Below, in pieces: positions 30,734 to 41,900 of a DNA stretch of 64,000 nt. Source of the stretch: an uncultured Alphaproteobacteria bacterium (GTDB lineage Bacteria > Pseudomonadota > Alphaproteobacteria > Sphingomonadales > Sphingomonadaceae); NCBI GenBank assembly GCA_963824825.1, contig CAWGQM010000003.1, forward strand, positions 189,638-253,637, written 5' to 3'. Every line of letters begins with the position of its first letter. The stretch's first letter is position 1. The notes below the pieces were generated by a model, which made no database searches, was not told the origin of the DNA, and saw nothing but the letters and a program-made list of their open reading frames with translations. The translations under genes and the position numbers were made by a program.

Positions 30734-32999
30734 TTAGAAACGCACTTCCGCGCTCAGTGTAAAGGTCCTCGGCGGGCCATAGAAGGCGATGATCGAATTG
30801 CCGAACAGCGCGCCGGGGAAGTTGTAGCCGCCGATCCGGTAGCGCGAATCGGTCAGGTTCCGGCCGACCAGCGAGAGCTGGTAGCGCTGGTTGGCCGAGG
30901 TCCAGACCAGGGCCGCGTCGACCAGGGTGTAGCCGTCTTCGTCGAGGATCGGATTGGGGATTTCGAACTGGGAATAATCCGAGCGGTAGGAGACGGACGG
31001 CGTGAAGCTGATCGTGCCGCCGCCGAGGCCGTGGCTGAAGGTCGGCGCCACCATGAAGGTGAATTGCGGCGTGTTCTGGAACACACGCTGATCGGCGACG
31101 TCGATGAACTGGTTGGTCGCCAGATCGAAGGTCAGGAAGCGCTTGAAATCGGCGTTGATGTAGCTCGCCATCGCCGCGACCGAGATGTTCGGGCTGACCG
31201 TGGCGCGCGCCTCGATCTCGACGCCCGAGATTCGCGAATCGCCGACATTGTCGACGAAGCTGGCGACGCTCGGCCCCGGTGCCACGACCTGGGTCGTCAC
31301 CTGCTGGTTGCGATAGTCGGAATAGAAGGCCGCGATGCCGACATAGAGCGCCCGCTGCAGCGCATAGGCCTTGAGCCCGATCTCGTAGGCGTCGACCGTC
31401 TCGGGATCGTAGCCGTTGACCGTCTGCGGCGTCAGGAAGGCGTCGCCGCGCATGTCGAACCCGCCCGATTTGTAGCCGCGCGAATAAGCGGCGTAGACCG
31501 TGACGTCCGGCGTCGGCAGGTAGGAGACGCTGACCCGCGGCGTGAACTGCTCGTCGGTGCGGGTATTGGTGTAGTTGGTGCGGACCAGGCCCGGCACAGC
31601 CGCGGCGTTGCCGAAGAACGGGCTGCGGATGCCGGCGAAGTTCTGCCGGTAGACGGTCCCTTCGCGCCGGTCGCTGGTGTAGCGGGCGCCGAGCGACAGC
31701 CGCCACTGATCGGAGATGCTCCATGAGAAGTCGGCGAAGCCGGCGAGGCTGCGCGTGTTGACCTCGCCGGTGGTGAAGATGGTGAGGTTGGCGAGGCCGA
31801 GCACGGTGTCGAACGCGCCGGCGGCATGGCCGTCGAGATAATAGACGCCGGCCACGCCCTGGATGGTGTCGCCCTCGTAGACGAGCTGGAGCTCCTGACT
31901 GAACTGGTCGTCCTCGTAGAAAGCCGGGATGTCGAGCACCGGCCCGGGCGTGTTGTCGAAGTCGATATTGCCGTTGGTCTCGCCGTCGCGATAGGCGGTG
32001 ATCGAGCGCAAGGTGAGCACGTCGTTGACCCGATATTCGCCGGTCAGCGAGATGCCGCGCGTTTCGACGTCGTTCTCGTCGCCGGCGCCGGCATTGGTGT
32101 CGTAGACGTCGGCCGGCGGGGCGAAGGCGGGCACGCCGGCATTGCCGATCTCGCGGTGGCCGTGCCGCGCGTTGGAATTGTCGCGGATCCAGTCGCCGGA
32201 GAGGCGGAAGAACAGGTCGGCGAGTCGGCTCCCATTCGGCCGAGAGACGGGCGGCGAGCACGTCCTTGTCGTAATGCTCGTTGCCGGTGTTGAGATTCTC
32301 GCCATAGCCGTCGCGCTGCAGCCAGGCGACCGCGCCGCCGATGCTGAACGTGTCGCCGACCGGCAGGGTCACCGCGCCGACCAGGTCGATCTGGTTGTAG
32401 CTGCCGTAGGCGGCGCGCACCCGGGCGTTGAATTCGTGGCCGAGCCGGCGGGTGACATATTTGAGCGCGCCGCCGATCGTGTTGCGGCCGTAGAGCGTAC
32501 CCTGCGGCCCGCGCAGCACCTCGATCCGCTCGACGTCGAAAATGTCGAGCACCGCCGCCTGCGGGCGGGCGACGTAGACGTCGTCGACATAGAGGCCGAC
32601 GCCGGGCTCGAAGCCCCATAGCGGGTCCTGCTGGCCGACGCCGCGGATGAAGCCGATCAGGGTCGAGTTGGAGCCGCGCGCGATCTGCAGCGTCGTGTTG
32701 GGGGTGCGTTGCATCACCGCGGTGATGTCGACCGCGCCCTGGTCCTCGAGCGTCTCGCCGTCCAGTGCGGTGACCGCGATCGGCACGTCCTGGAGGCTCT
32801 CCTCGCGCCGGCGGGCGGTGACGACGACGTCGGTGTCGCTCGCGGCGCCCTCTTGCGCGCCGTCGGCATTGGCGAGGGCGGCCTGCTCCTCGGAGGTGCC
32901 GGCGGGGGGCTCCTCCTGGGCGACAGCGGCGGTTGCGGCGGTCAAAACGAATAGGGCGGAGCCGAGCTTCAGGCTGGCGATCAGATACTTCTGGGTCAT
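30734..32999 (-). CDS. TonB-dependent receptor (frameshift near 32230)
   Basis: VVVTARRREESLQDVPIAVTA, VERIEVLRGPQGTLYGRNTIGG, SRGYKSGGF, C-terminal EVRF. Confidence 0.93.
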
Positions 33000-33010
33000 G
33001 ACGTCTCTCC

Positions 33011-33850
33011 TCATGAATCGATGGCGTGGGCGGCGCGGGGGCGCGACAGGCGCTCCGCGAAATCCTTCAGGGTGGCGTTGAACAATTCCGGCTCCTCGAG
33101 GTGCGGCGCGTGGCCGGATTTCTCGAAACGAACGGCGCGTGCATGGGGCAGGGCCGCGACGAGATGGTCGGCGGTGTCGTCGCCGTAGAGGCTGCTCTGC
33201 CCGCCATGGACGATCAGGGTCGGATGCTGGATCCGCTCGAGCAAAGCGCGCACGTCCTGGCGGATCAGCGAGTGCCAGACCGATCCGATCGCGCCCTTGT
33301 CGTTGCGCGCGAACTCGCGCGCGGCCCAATCGGCGAGGGCGCGATGCCCGGGGCTGAGCGGCTGGGCGAAGATGGCCTCGCCGGCATTCGCAGCGAAGCT
33401 TTCGAAATCGTCGCGGATGGCGAGGCTGCGCGCCTCGCAGGCCTCGGGCGACAGGCCGAGGTCCCATTCCTCGTCGTTCCTGACCCGCGCCGTCATGTCG
33501 ACGACCACCGCGCCGGCGAAGCGCGCCGCGGCGGGCCCGGACAATACGTGCCAGAGGATGGTCGCGCCGAGCGACCAGCCGACCCCGACCGCGCCATCGA
33601 GGTCGAGCGCGGCGGCGAGCTCGGCGACGTCGGCCGCCATCTGCTCGACCGTCGGCCGCGCGCCTTCGGCGGCCGAGGCGCCGTGGCCGCGCAAATCGAT
33701 ATTGATGACCCGGAAATGCCGCGCCAGCTCGTCCTGAGCGCGAAAGAAGCCGCCATGCGCCATCAGCCCGTGCAGAAGCACGAGCGGGGTGCCGTTGCCG
33801 CTGTCGCGATAGGCGATTCGCGTCCCGTCCGAAGCGGTGAACCCGTCCAA
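33011..33850 (-). CDS. Alpha/beta fold hydrolase
   Basis: LVLLHG, DLRGHG, nucleophile elbow GWSLG, SGHAPHLEEP. Confidence 0.9.
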   Translation of the reverse strand: MDGFTASDGTRIAYRDSGNGTPLVLLHGLMAHGGFFRAQDELARHFRVINIDLRGHGASAAEGARPTVEQMAADVAELAAALDLDGAVGVGWSLGATILWHVLSGPAAARFAGAVVVDMTARVRNDEEWDLGLSPEACEARSLAIRDDFESFAANAGEAIFAQPLSPGHRALADWAAREFARNDKGAIGSVWHSLIRQDVRALLERIQHPTLIVHGGQSSLYGDDTADHLVAALPHARAVRFEKSGHAPHLEEPELFNATLKDFAERLSRPRAAHAIDS

Positions 33851-34013
33851 AACCCCTCCCAGCAGCCGTTGCGCGCCCCTGTTCGGAGTTCTGCGGCCTG
33901 GGCGGCTAGTGCCTTAATCTGAAACCTGAGTCAATATTCAAGTTCAGGAATGACCTGGAAGGGCGACGGCTTCCTCTGAGCGCGGATAATCATCCTGTGA
34001 GAGGCGCCGGCGT

Positions 34014-34085
34014 CTAGCGCCCGAACAGCAGCCACAGGATGAGGAGCAGGATGAGCAGGCCGCCAAGGCTGATGCCGATACGCAT
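34014..34085 (-). CDS. 23-aa single-TM small protein (putative)
   Basis: RBS GAGGGAG; MRIGISLGGLLILLLILWLLFGR. Confidence 0.55.
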   Translation of the reverse strand: MRIGISLGGLLILLLILWLLFGR

Positions 34086-34147
34086 GTCGGGTCTCCCTCG
34101 AATGTCCAGACCCAACGGCCTCGTGACGGGTCCGTTCCGTCGGGGCG

Positions 34148-34381
34148 TCAGCGATCGGCGGCCGGGCCGCTTTCGCGCCGGTCCGCCTCGCGCCGTTCGA
34201 GGACCCGCCGTTCGGACAGCATCGTAACCACTTCCTCGAATGTACCCTCGACCGCGACCTGCTGGCCTTCGAGGAAAATGTCGGTGAAGGCGCCGGCGGC
34301 CGAGCGGATATAGCTCACCCGATCGGGGTTGATGGCGACCTTGCCGCCGCCGCCCTTCTTCATCAGCACGAACCTGGCCAA
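34148..34381 (-). CDS. Small FlbD-like protein
   Basis: RBS GGAGGG; KVAINPDRVSYI ... TDIFL ... VAVEGTFEEV. Confidence 0.55.
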   Translation of the reverse strand: MARFVLMKKGGGGKVAINPDRVSYIRSAAGAFTDIFLEGQQVAVEGTFEEVVTMLSERRVLERREADRRESGPAADR

Positions 34382-34562
34382 GGCGTCCCTCCGACCTTCG
34401 TTGCATCCCGCTTCAACGCCCGCGGCGCCGATTTCATTCTAGGCCGGATGGCCGGCAATCAAAACAGATTTCGTCCGCTCCCGGGCCGGGGGCGCCGACC
34501 GCACGGGTGGGGATTGCGCTCACCTGAAAGTCGGTTCAAGTTCCCGCCGACGGGAGCAACGA

Positions 34563-35180
34563 ATGAACGACCTCGGTCAGGCCGCCGTATCGGCCGACAA
34601 GGCGCCGCGCACCGAGCGCGGGCGGCGGACGGTGCGCAAGCTGCTCGAGGCGGCGGCGCAGGAATTCGGCCGGCGCGGCTATCACGAGGCCGCCATCACC
34701 GGCATCACGCAGCGTGCCGGCGTCGCATTGGGCACCTTCTACACCTATTTCGAGAGCAAGGAGGAGCTGTTCCGAGCGCTCGTCCGCGACATGAGCCGCG
34801 CCACCCGCGCCCATGTCGCCGAGGCGGTGCGCGGCGCCCCCGACCGACTCGCCGCCGAACGGCTCGGCCTCGCCGCCTTCATCGCCTTCACGAGGACCCA
34901 TCCCGAGCTCTATCGGATCATCGAGGAGGCGCAGTTCGTCGCCGAGGACGTCTATCGCGAGCATTACCTGACCTTCGTCGACGGCTATCGCCGCAACCTC
35001 GCCGCCGCCGCCGGCCGCGGCGAGATCGAGCCGGGCCCGGACGAGCTGCGCGCCTGGGCCCTGATCGGGATGAGCGTCTTCCTCGGCATGCGCTACGGCA
35101 TCTGGCGCCAGGACATGGACCCGACGCAAGTCGCCGACCATGCCATCGACCTCGTCTCCGAGGGGCTGAGAAAAAGGTGA
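34563..35180 (+). CDS. TetR/AcrR family regulator
   Basis: KLLEAAAQEF, ITQRAGVALGTFYTYFESKEELF. Confidence 0.93.
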   Translation: MNDLGQAAVSADKAPRTERGRRTVRKLLEAAAQEFGRRGYHEAAITGITQRAGVALGTFYTYFESKEELFRALVRDMSRATRAHVAEAVRGAPDRLAAERLGLAAFIAFTRTHPELYRIIEEAQFVAEDVYREHYLTFVDGYRRNLAAAAGRGEIEPGPDELRAWALIGMSVFLGMRYGIWRQDMDPTQVADHAIDLVSEGLRKR

Positions 35181-36661
35181 TCGGCGACTTGCCCGACCTC
35201 ATCGCCGGCCGCGCCCGGCTGACGCCGGAGAAGGTGGCATTCGAGGACTCGGCGAGCGGGCGGACGCTGAATTATGCCGGGCTGGACGACCGGGCCGGCC
35301 GCGCCGCCGCTTTGCTCGCCGAGCGCGGCGTCGGCGCCGGCGACCGGGTCGCGATCCTGACCCGCAACCGGATCGAGTTCTTCGAGCTGCTGTTCGGCTG
35401 CGCGAAACTGGGCGCGATCCTCGTGCCCATGAACTGGCGGATGCCGCCGGCCGAGCTCGACGGCCTCGTCGCCGACGCCGAGCCGGTCCTCATTTGCCAT
35501 GGCGGCGAGGAGGCCGCCGCCGCCGCCGCGCTTTCCGGCCGGCTGCCGGCGATCGACCTCGACCGCGACTATGAGGGCGCGCTCGCCGCAGCGCCGGCCC
35601 GCGCCTGGCGCGCGCGCTGGCCGGCCGAATCGACCTGGTACCTGCTCTACACGTCGGGCACGACCGGCCGGCCCAAGGGGGTGATCTACACCTACGGCAT
35701 GGCGCTCGCCAATCATGTCAACATCGCCACCTGCATCGACCTGCGCGCGACCGACGTCACCGCCGGCTTCCTCCCCATCTTCCACACCGCCGGCATCAAC
35801 CTCCACGCCTTGCCGACGCTGATCGCCGGCGGCCGGGTCATCGTCATGGACGGCTTCGACGACGAGACCCTCGTCGCCCTCATCGAGGCGCGCCGTCTCG
35901 ATACTTTGTTCGCCGTCCCGACCGTCTATCAGAGCCTGCTCGATCATCCCCGCTTCGCCGCCGCGCCGCTCCGCCATGTCCGCCACTGGGGCTGTGGCGG
36001 CGCGCCGCTGCCCGATGCGCTGGCCGGGCGCTATCGCGACCTCGGTGTGCGCGTCTGCAACGGCATGGGCATGACCGAGACCGGCCCCACCGCCTTCCTC
36101 GTCGATCCCGCCGACGCGTGGGAGAAGATCGGCTCGGTCGGCAAGCCCCAATTGCTGTGCAGCGCCCGCATCGTCGGCGCCGACGGCCGCGAGGTCGCGG
36201 CCGGCGAGGTCGGCGACCTCCAGTTCGCCGGCCCCGGCGTGACTCCCGGCTACTGGCGCAACGAGGAAGCGACCCGCGCCGCCTTCACCGCCGACGGCTG
36301 GCTGATCTCGGGCGACCTCGCCCGCCGCGACGCCGACGGCTTCCATTACATTGCGGGGCGGCGCAAGGAGATGTTCATCTCGGGCGGCGAGAACGTCTAT
36401 CCGGCCGAGGTGGAGAATGTGATCTCCGCCCATCCCGCCGTGATCGGCGTCGCGGTGCTTGCCGAGGAAGACCCGAAATGGGGCGAGGTCGGCCGCGCCT
36501 TCGTCCAGCTCGCTCCGAACGGCGGGCACCCGGACGGCGCCGAGCTGACCGCTTTCTGCCGCGCCCGCCTCGCCCCCTACAAGGTGCCGCGGCGCTTCGA
36601 CTTCGTCGCCGAATTCCCGCGCACCTCGGCCGGCAAGATCCAGAAGCATCTGCTGGGATAA
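35177..36661 (+). CDS. Acyl-CoA synthetase / AMP-binding enzyme
   Basis: GTGA overlap with TetR gene; YTSGTTGRPKG, GMTETG, SGDL, GRRKEMFISGGENVYPAEVE, PRTSAGKI. Confidence 0.92.
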   Translation: MIGDLPDLIAGRARLTPEKVAFEDSASGRTLNYAGLDDRAGRAAALLAERGVGAGDRVAILTRNRIEFFELLFGCAKLGAILVPMNWRMPPAELDGLVADAEPVLICHGGEEAAAAAALSGRLPAIDLDRDYEGALAAAPARAWRARWPAESTWYLLYTSGTTGRPKGVIYTYGMALANHVNIATCIDLRATDVTAGFLPIFHTAGINLHALPTLIAGGRVIVMDGFDDETLVALIEARRLDTLFAVPTVYQSLLDHPRFAAAPLRHVRHWGCGGAPLPDALAGRYRDLGVRVCNGMGMTETGPTAFLVDPADAWEKIGSVGKPQLLCSARIVGADGREVAAGEVGDLQFAGPGVTPGYWRNEEATRAAFTADGWLISGDLARRDADGFHYIAGRRKEMFISGGENVYPAEVENVISAHPAVIGVAVLAEEDPKWGEVGRAFVQLAPNGGHPDGAELTAFCRARLAPYKVPRRFDFVAEFPRTSAGKIQKHLLG

Positions 36662-36771
36662 TCCGTCCCCGATCGTAACGGAGCCGTGACGGTGGTCACG
36701 CGAACTCGCCGTGCGCGACCGATACCTGTTTCGGACCAGGCGAAGCTCCGCCGGCAACGGGAGGGACGATC

Positions 36772-37445
36772 ATGGCAAAGGCGAAATTGAAAAATGCTTC
36801 GGTAGCGGAGACCTCCCCGCTTTCGCCCGCCTGCTATTTTGCCTGTAAAAAATATTATGAGATCGGGGAGCACAACAATCCCGATCCCCTCTGGCTGGTC
36901 GTGCGCGAGATCGACATGGCCCAGCCCGGCAACCCCCATGCCTTCGTCTTCCACAGGCCCGATTACAGATGGCCCTACAGCGAACGCGCACCGGTCATTC
37001 AGAGCCTTCGGGATGGGATCTACAGGCGCGGCAAGCCGGTAAACCAATATTATCGGCCGCTCGACGTGAAGCTTTCCGCGCCGACCTGCTTCGTCTTCTG
37101 TCTCAGCGACCGCTGGAACTGGCGGTTCAGCAGCAAGGTGCGGGCGGCCAGCCTGGCGGAGGATGACAGCCAGACAAGAAAATATTCGAAGCTTCGCCAC
37201 TATCTCCACGACAATGACGGGCAGTACGAACCCTTCGAGTTCGCACGAGAATTATTGCAAGATCATCAGCTTCGACGCGATCCCGGACGTCTACCCGGTC
37301 ATTCCCGGAACGACCGAGTTCAGCCACGGCTTCAATCTCGTGATCGAGGTCGTCAATCCCGACGGCGATCCGCCCAAGCATGAGAATTCTGATTCCGATC
37401 ATTATCGATCCCGACGTACGCTACCCGGGCGGCTCGGGGGTCTAA
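36772..37445 (+). CDS. Hypothetical protein, paralog A, ending IIIDPDVRYPGGSGV (frameshifts near 37240 and 37385)
   Basis: Frame reconstruction gives ENYCKIISFDA, FSHGFNLVIEV, IPIIIDPDVRYPGGSGV-TAA; aligns with 37771-38520. Confidence 0.75.
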
Positions 37446-37770
37446 CGGCGAGGGGGTGCGATTGCGGTTGCCAATGCCATTCCCATCCGTTCAACTCGAC
37501 CGAGTTGCGGCCTTCCGCCGCGCCCGCTTGCCCCCCGGCAGGGCGCGCGGGGCGACGACTTCGTCGCTGATTTTTCGCGCGCGCGACGGATCGGATCGAG
37601 AACCATCCGCCCGGCCGATTTTTCGCCCAGGATCGTGACGTCCGTGACGCCGGTCACGCGCGACTCGCCGGCGAGGCTGATAACCATCTCTCGACAGGGG
37701 GCCTTCCCGGCCGTGGGCGCCGAAAGCCACACCGTCGCGTACGCGTCCACCAGCCAGGAGGAGAACGATC

Positions 37771-38520
37771 ATGGATACGCTGTTGAAGAATCCGCCGATT
37801 GTGCCCGAGCCCGAGGACGCGCCGGACCGGCCGGAAAGGCGCGGCATCTCCCGGGGCGATGTCCTGTCGAAATTTTCCCTTTCCTCGGATGGGCTCAGCC
37901 AGGTCGACATCCCCCGGTCCGATCCGCAAACCAACCCGCTGCCGACGCCCGAGCGAATCATCGTGCGGAAGCTGACCCTCGCTTTCGGTCCGACCGGGCC
38001 GTTCGCCTACTCCAACCCGGACCGCTACCACCCCTGCACCAAGTTCGGCGACGTCGCCGACATGATCGACAGGATCATGGCCGACAATTACGATCCGCAG
38101 GCCGAAGCGGCACCCTATTTCCGGCCGCTGGATCTGCACCTCGGGGCAACCACCTGCTTCATCATTCGGCTGGACAAGGACATTTCGTGGCGGTTCGGCC
38201 GTACGCTGAAAGGCGCGACTCTCGGCCAGGGAAAGTTCGATTTTCCGGATGACGTCAAAAATTACTATGATCTGCGGCATGTGTGGAAAGACGAAACGAC
38301 AATGCAGACGTATGACGAGCTCGATCAGTGCACGGAGCACAGCCAATATTGCCGCCTGATCTATTTCATTGCCAAGCCGGTGGTCGGGCGCGGGTTCAAC
38401 CATGCGTTCAATCTGAACGTGGAATTCGTCTATCCCGACGGCGCCGCCGGCGAGATCAACACGCTGCCGATCGTGATCGATCCCGATGTCCGCTATCCGG
38501 GCGGCTCGGGCGGTAATTGA
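37771..38520 (+). CDS. Hypothetical protein, paralog B, ending IVIDPDVRYPGGSGGN
   Basis: RBS AGGAGGAG; intact 249-aa ORF; collinear blocks shared with paralog A. Confidence 0.85.
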   Translation: MDTLLKNPPIVPEPEDAPDRPERRGISRGDVLSKFSLSSDGLSQVDIPRSDPQTNPLPTPERIIVRKLTLAFGPTGPFAYSNPDRYHPCTKFGDVADMIDRIMADNYDPQAEAAPYFRPLDLHLGATTCFIIRLDKDISWRFGRTLKGATLGQGKFDFPDDVKNYYDLRHVWKDETTMQTYDELDQCTEHSQYCRLIYFIAKPVVGRGFNHAFNLNVEFVYPDGAAGEINTLPIVIDPDVRYPGGSGGN

Positions 38521-38964
38521 TTTCGTGAAACCAAGTGCGGCGGGCCCGGAATTACGCCCCGAGGCCCGCCGCCGCCGATCCGGACCAGATACCAACCGGC
38601 AGGAATAGCGTTAGCGTGCAGCCGTTTACGGCGGATTGGCAGCGGGCCTGCGGGAAATACGGTGGCCGGAGGCGGCAAGGCCGGCGCGCGGCGGGGATCA
38701 GGGCCGCGGTCAGCGGCCCCCGCCAGCCGGACCGAACTGGCAGTTGGCCGGTAAACTAATCAGTCTCGTATCATTCGATGCTGCACGGCTCCATGCGAGC
38801 CGACCCCTCGGCGCGCCATAACCTCAACCTGCCACGTCTCGTTCTCTCTGTTGCACAACTGCCACGGTCGCATCCCAAAACCGGGCCTGCGGCCGGAGAG
38901 GCTCTTGCCATGGCTCGAACTTAATACGAAACGTAGGTTTGATATGCAAAAGGGAGAAGCCGTC

Positions 38965-41900
38965 ATGGCGAACAGGGATGTGGTTCATATTCGGAATCGT
39001 ATAGGGTTGTTGAGCTCGGTCGCGCTGCTGGCGATCGCCACGCCCGCTTATGCGCAGGACGATACCCAGGACACGCCGTCGGTTCAGGCCGAGGCCGACA
39101 CCGCCACCGACGCCGCGGATCCGGCCGAAGGCGAATCGATCGTCGTCACCGGCACGCGCATCGCGCGCCGCGACCTCAGCTCGACCAGCCCGGTCGCGGT
39201 GGTCCAGGACGAAGAGTTCACGCTTTCGGGCGCGGTCAACGTCGAGCAGGTGATCAACACGCTGCCGCAGGTCATCCCCGGCGCGACCTCCTTCTCGAAC
39301 AATCCGGGCGGCGGCGTCGCCACCTTGAATCTGCGCGGCCTCGGCACCCAGCGCAACCTCGTGCTGGTCAACGGCCGCCGCTACATCTTCTTCGCGCCCA
39401 CCCAGATCGTCGATCTCAACACGATCCCGCAATTCCTGATCGACAGCGTCGACGTCGTCACCGGCGGCGCCTCGGCGGTCTACGGCTCGGACGCCCTCGT
39501 CGGCGTCGTCAACTTCCGGCTGCGCTCCGACCTCGACGGCATCGTCATGGGCGGCCAGTACAGCCTCACCGAGGAAGGCGACGGCCGGCGCTACAACGCC
39601 TATGTCGCGATCGGCAGCCAGTTCGCCGACGGCCGCGGCCACGTCGCCGCCTATGCCGAATATTATAATCGCGGCCGGATCATGGCGGCCGACCGCGCCT
39701 TTTCGTTCTTTTCGCTCGGCGACAATGCCGCCGGCGACGCCCTCGTCCCGGGCGGTTCGGCCGGCGTGCCGCAGGGCCGCATGGTGACCGCCTCGACGAT
39801 CAACCTGGCGGAGATCAACCTCAATCCCTGCACCGGCGACGACGGCGCCTGCGGGCCGGGCGAGGACGACGACACGACCGATCCGGGCGAGTTCGACGCC
39901 CTCAGCGTGCCGATCGGCGTGGGCACCAACTATCCTGGCGGCGGCGCCTTCTTCGCCACGCCGGGCACCAGCCGGCCTTATGGCGGTCTGCCCGATTCCT
40001 ACAATTACGCTCCGGCCAACTATCTGATGGTGCCTCAGGAGCGCTGGCTGCTGGGGGGCTATGGCGAATATGAGATCGCCGAAGGGATCAACGCCTATGC
40101 CGAGGTGACCTTCATCAACAACCGCGTCGAGAACGAGCTTGCGGCGACGCCGATCACTCAGAATGTCGATTTCAGCCTGGCGGCGATCCAGCCTTTGGTC
40201 TCGGCGGCCGATTTCACGCAGCTTCAGCAGATCGCGGCGAACCAGCAGGCGGCGATCGCTCTGGCGGCCGCGCGCGGCAATGCCAACCCGTTCGGTCCAT
40301 TCACCGCCGGCACGGCGAATTTCCCGGCGCTCGCGCCCGGCAATGTCAGGCTGCAGGTCAACACCCGCACCACCGGGATCTCCTCGCGCAACCAGGCCGA
40401 CGACCGCAACGCCTTCCGCGTGCTGACGGGCGTCCGCGGCAACCTGACCGACTCGCTGAGCTACGACCTCTATTACCTGTTCGCGCGAACCCGCAACTCG
40501 CAGATCCAGGAAGGCAATATCTCGCGGTCGAACTTCACCAGGCTGGCGGCCGACGGCACCTGCAACGTCTTCGGCGCGAATTTGCTGAGCCAGGATTGCA
40601 TCGACCAGATCTCGATCCTCGCCCAGAACACGACGATCTCGCAGCTGCAGGTCGCTCAGGCGAGCGTCTCCGGGCCGCTGTTCACCTTCGGCTGGGCCAA
40701 CGATCCGGTCGCCTTCGCGGCCGGCGTCGAATGGCGCAGCATGGGCGCCCAATTCATCCCGGATACGGCCCTGGCTTCGGGCGACGTGGTCGGCTTCAAC
40801 GCCGGCCAGCCGACCGCGGGCAGCTACGATGCGAAGGAGGCGTTCGCCGAAATCCGAATCCCGATCATCCAGGACGGCTTCATCCACCGGCTCGAGCTCA
40901 ACGGCGCGGCCCGCTACTCCGATTATTCGCTCGCCAACGTCGGCGGCGTGTGGACCTATTCGGCGGGCTTCGAGTTCGCGCCGATCCGGGACATCGGCTT
41001 CCGCGGCCAGTATCAGCGCGCGATCCGCGCGCCCAACGTGCAGGAGCTGTTCGGCGGCGCCGCGATCGGCTTCCCGGCGGCGACCGACCCGTGTGCCCTG
41101 CCGGCCGCGGCGGCCGACGCGACGATCCGGGATCTGTGCATCGCAACCGGCGTGCCGGCGGCGAACGTCGGCCAGGCCTTCCTCCAGCCCAATCCCCAGA
41201 TCCAGGGCGCCTTCGGCGGCAATCCGAACCTGCAGGAAGAGGTCGCCGACACCTGGACGGCCGGCGTGGTGCTTCGTCCGCGCTTCATCCCGCGGCTCAA
41301 CATCACGGTCGATTATTACAATATCGAGATCGACAATGCGATCTTCCCGGCCGGCGGCGGCGTGAACAACATCCTGAATCTCTGCTACAACGTCATCCAG
41401 GATGCGGGCAGCGCCATCTGCGGCCTGGTCGCCCGCGATTCGCAGGGCATCATCTCCGGCCCGCCGTTCGTCGTCTCGGCCAACAACGCCAATCTGGCGG
41501 CGTTGACCACCGAAGGCATCGACTTCCAGATCGATTACAGCCAGCCGCTCGGCTTCAGCATCACCGGCGCCGGCGAATCGCGGCTGAGCTTCTTCTTCCT
41601 CGGCACCTACAGCTGGGAGAACAACTTCGTTCCGCTGGTTGAGCTGCCCGACGATGTCACCGAGTGCGCCGGCAAATTCGGTCTCAATTGCCTGGATCCG
41701 ACGCCACGCTGGAAATGGTCGAGCCGCCTGACCTGGATCGACGGCCCCGTCACCACCAGCTTCCGCTGGCGGCATATCGGCGCGGTCCGTGACGACGACG
41801 ACGCGACCGACTTCGTCGTCGAGCGGCTCCCGGCCTACGACCTGTTCGATCTCGCGTTCGGCTTCGAGGTCAACGACAACCTCACGCTGAACGCGGGCGT

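Noticed and set aside
38521-38960. Riboswitch in the long region upstream of the TonB-dependent receptor
   Set aside because: No cobalamin, TPP or other aptamer consensus recognised; only generic GC hairpins. An Rfam scan would settle it
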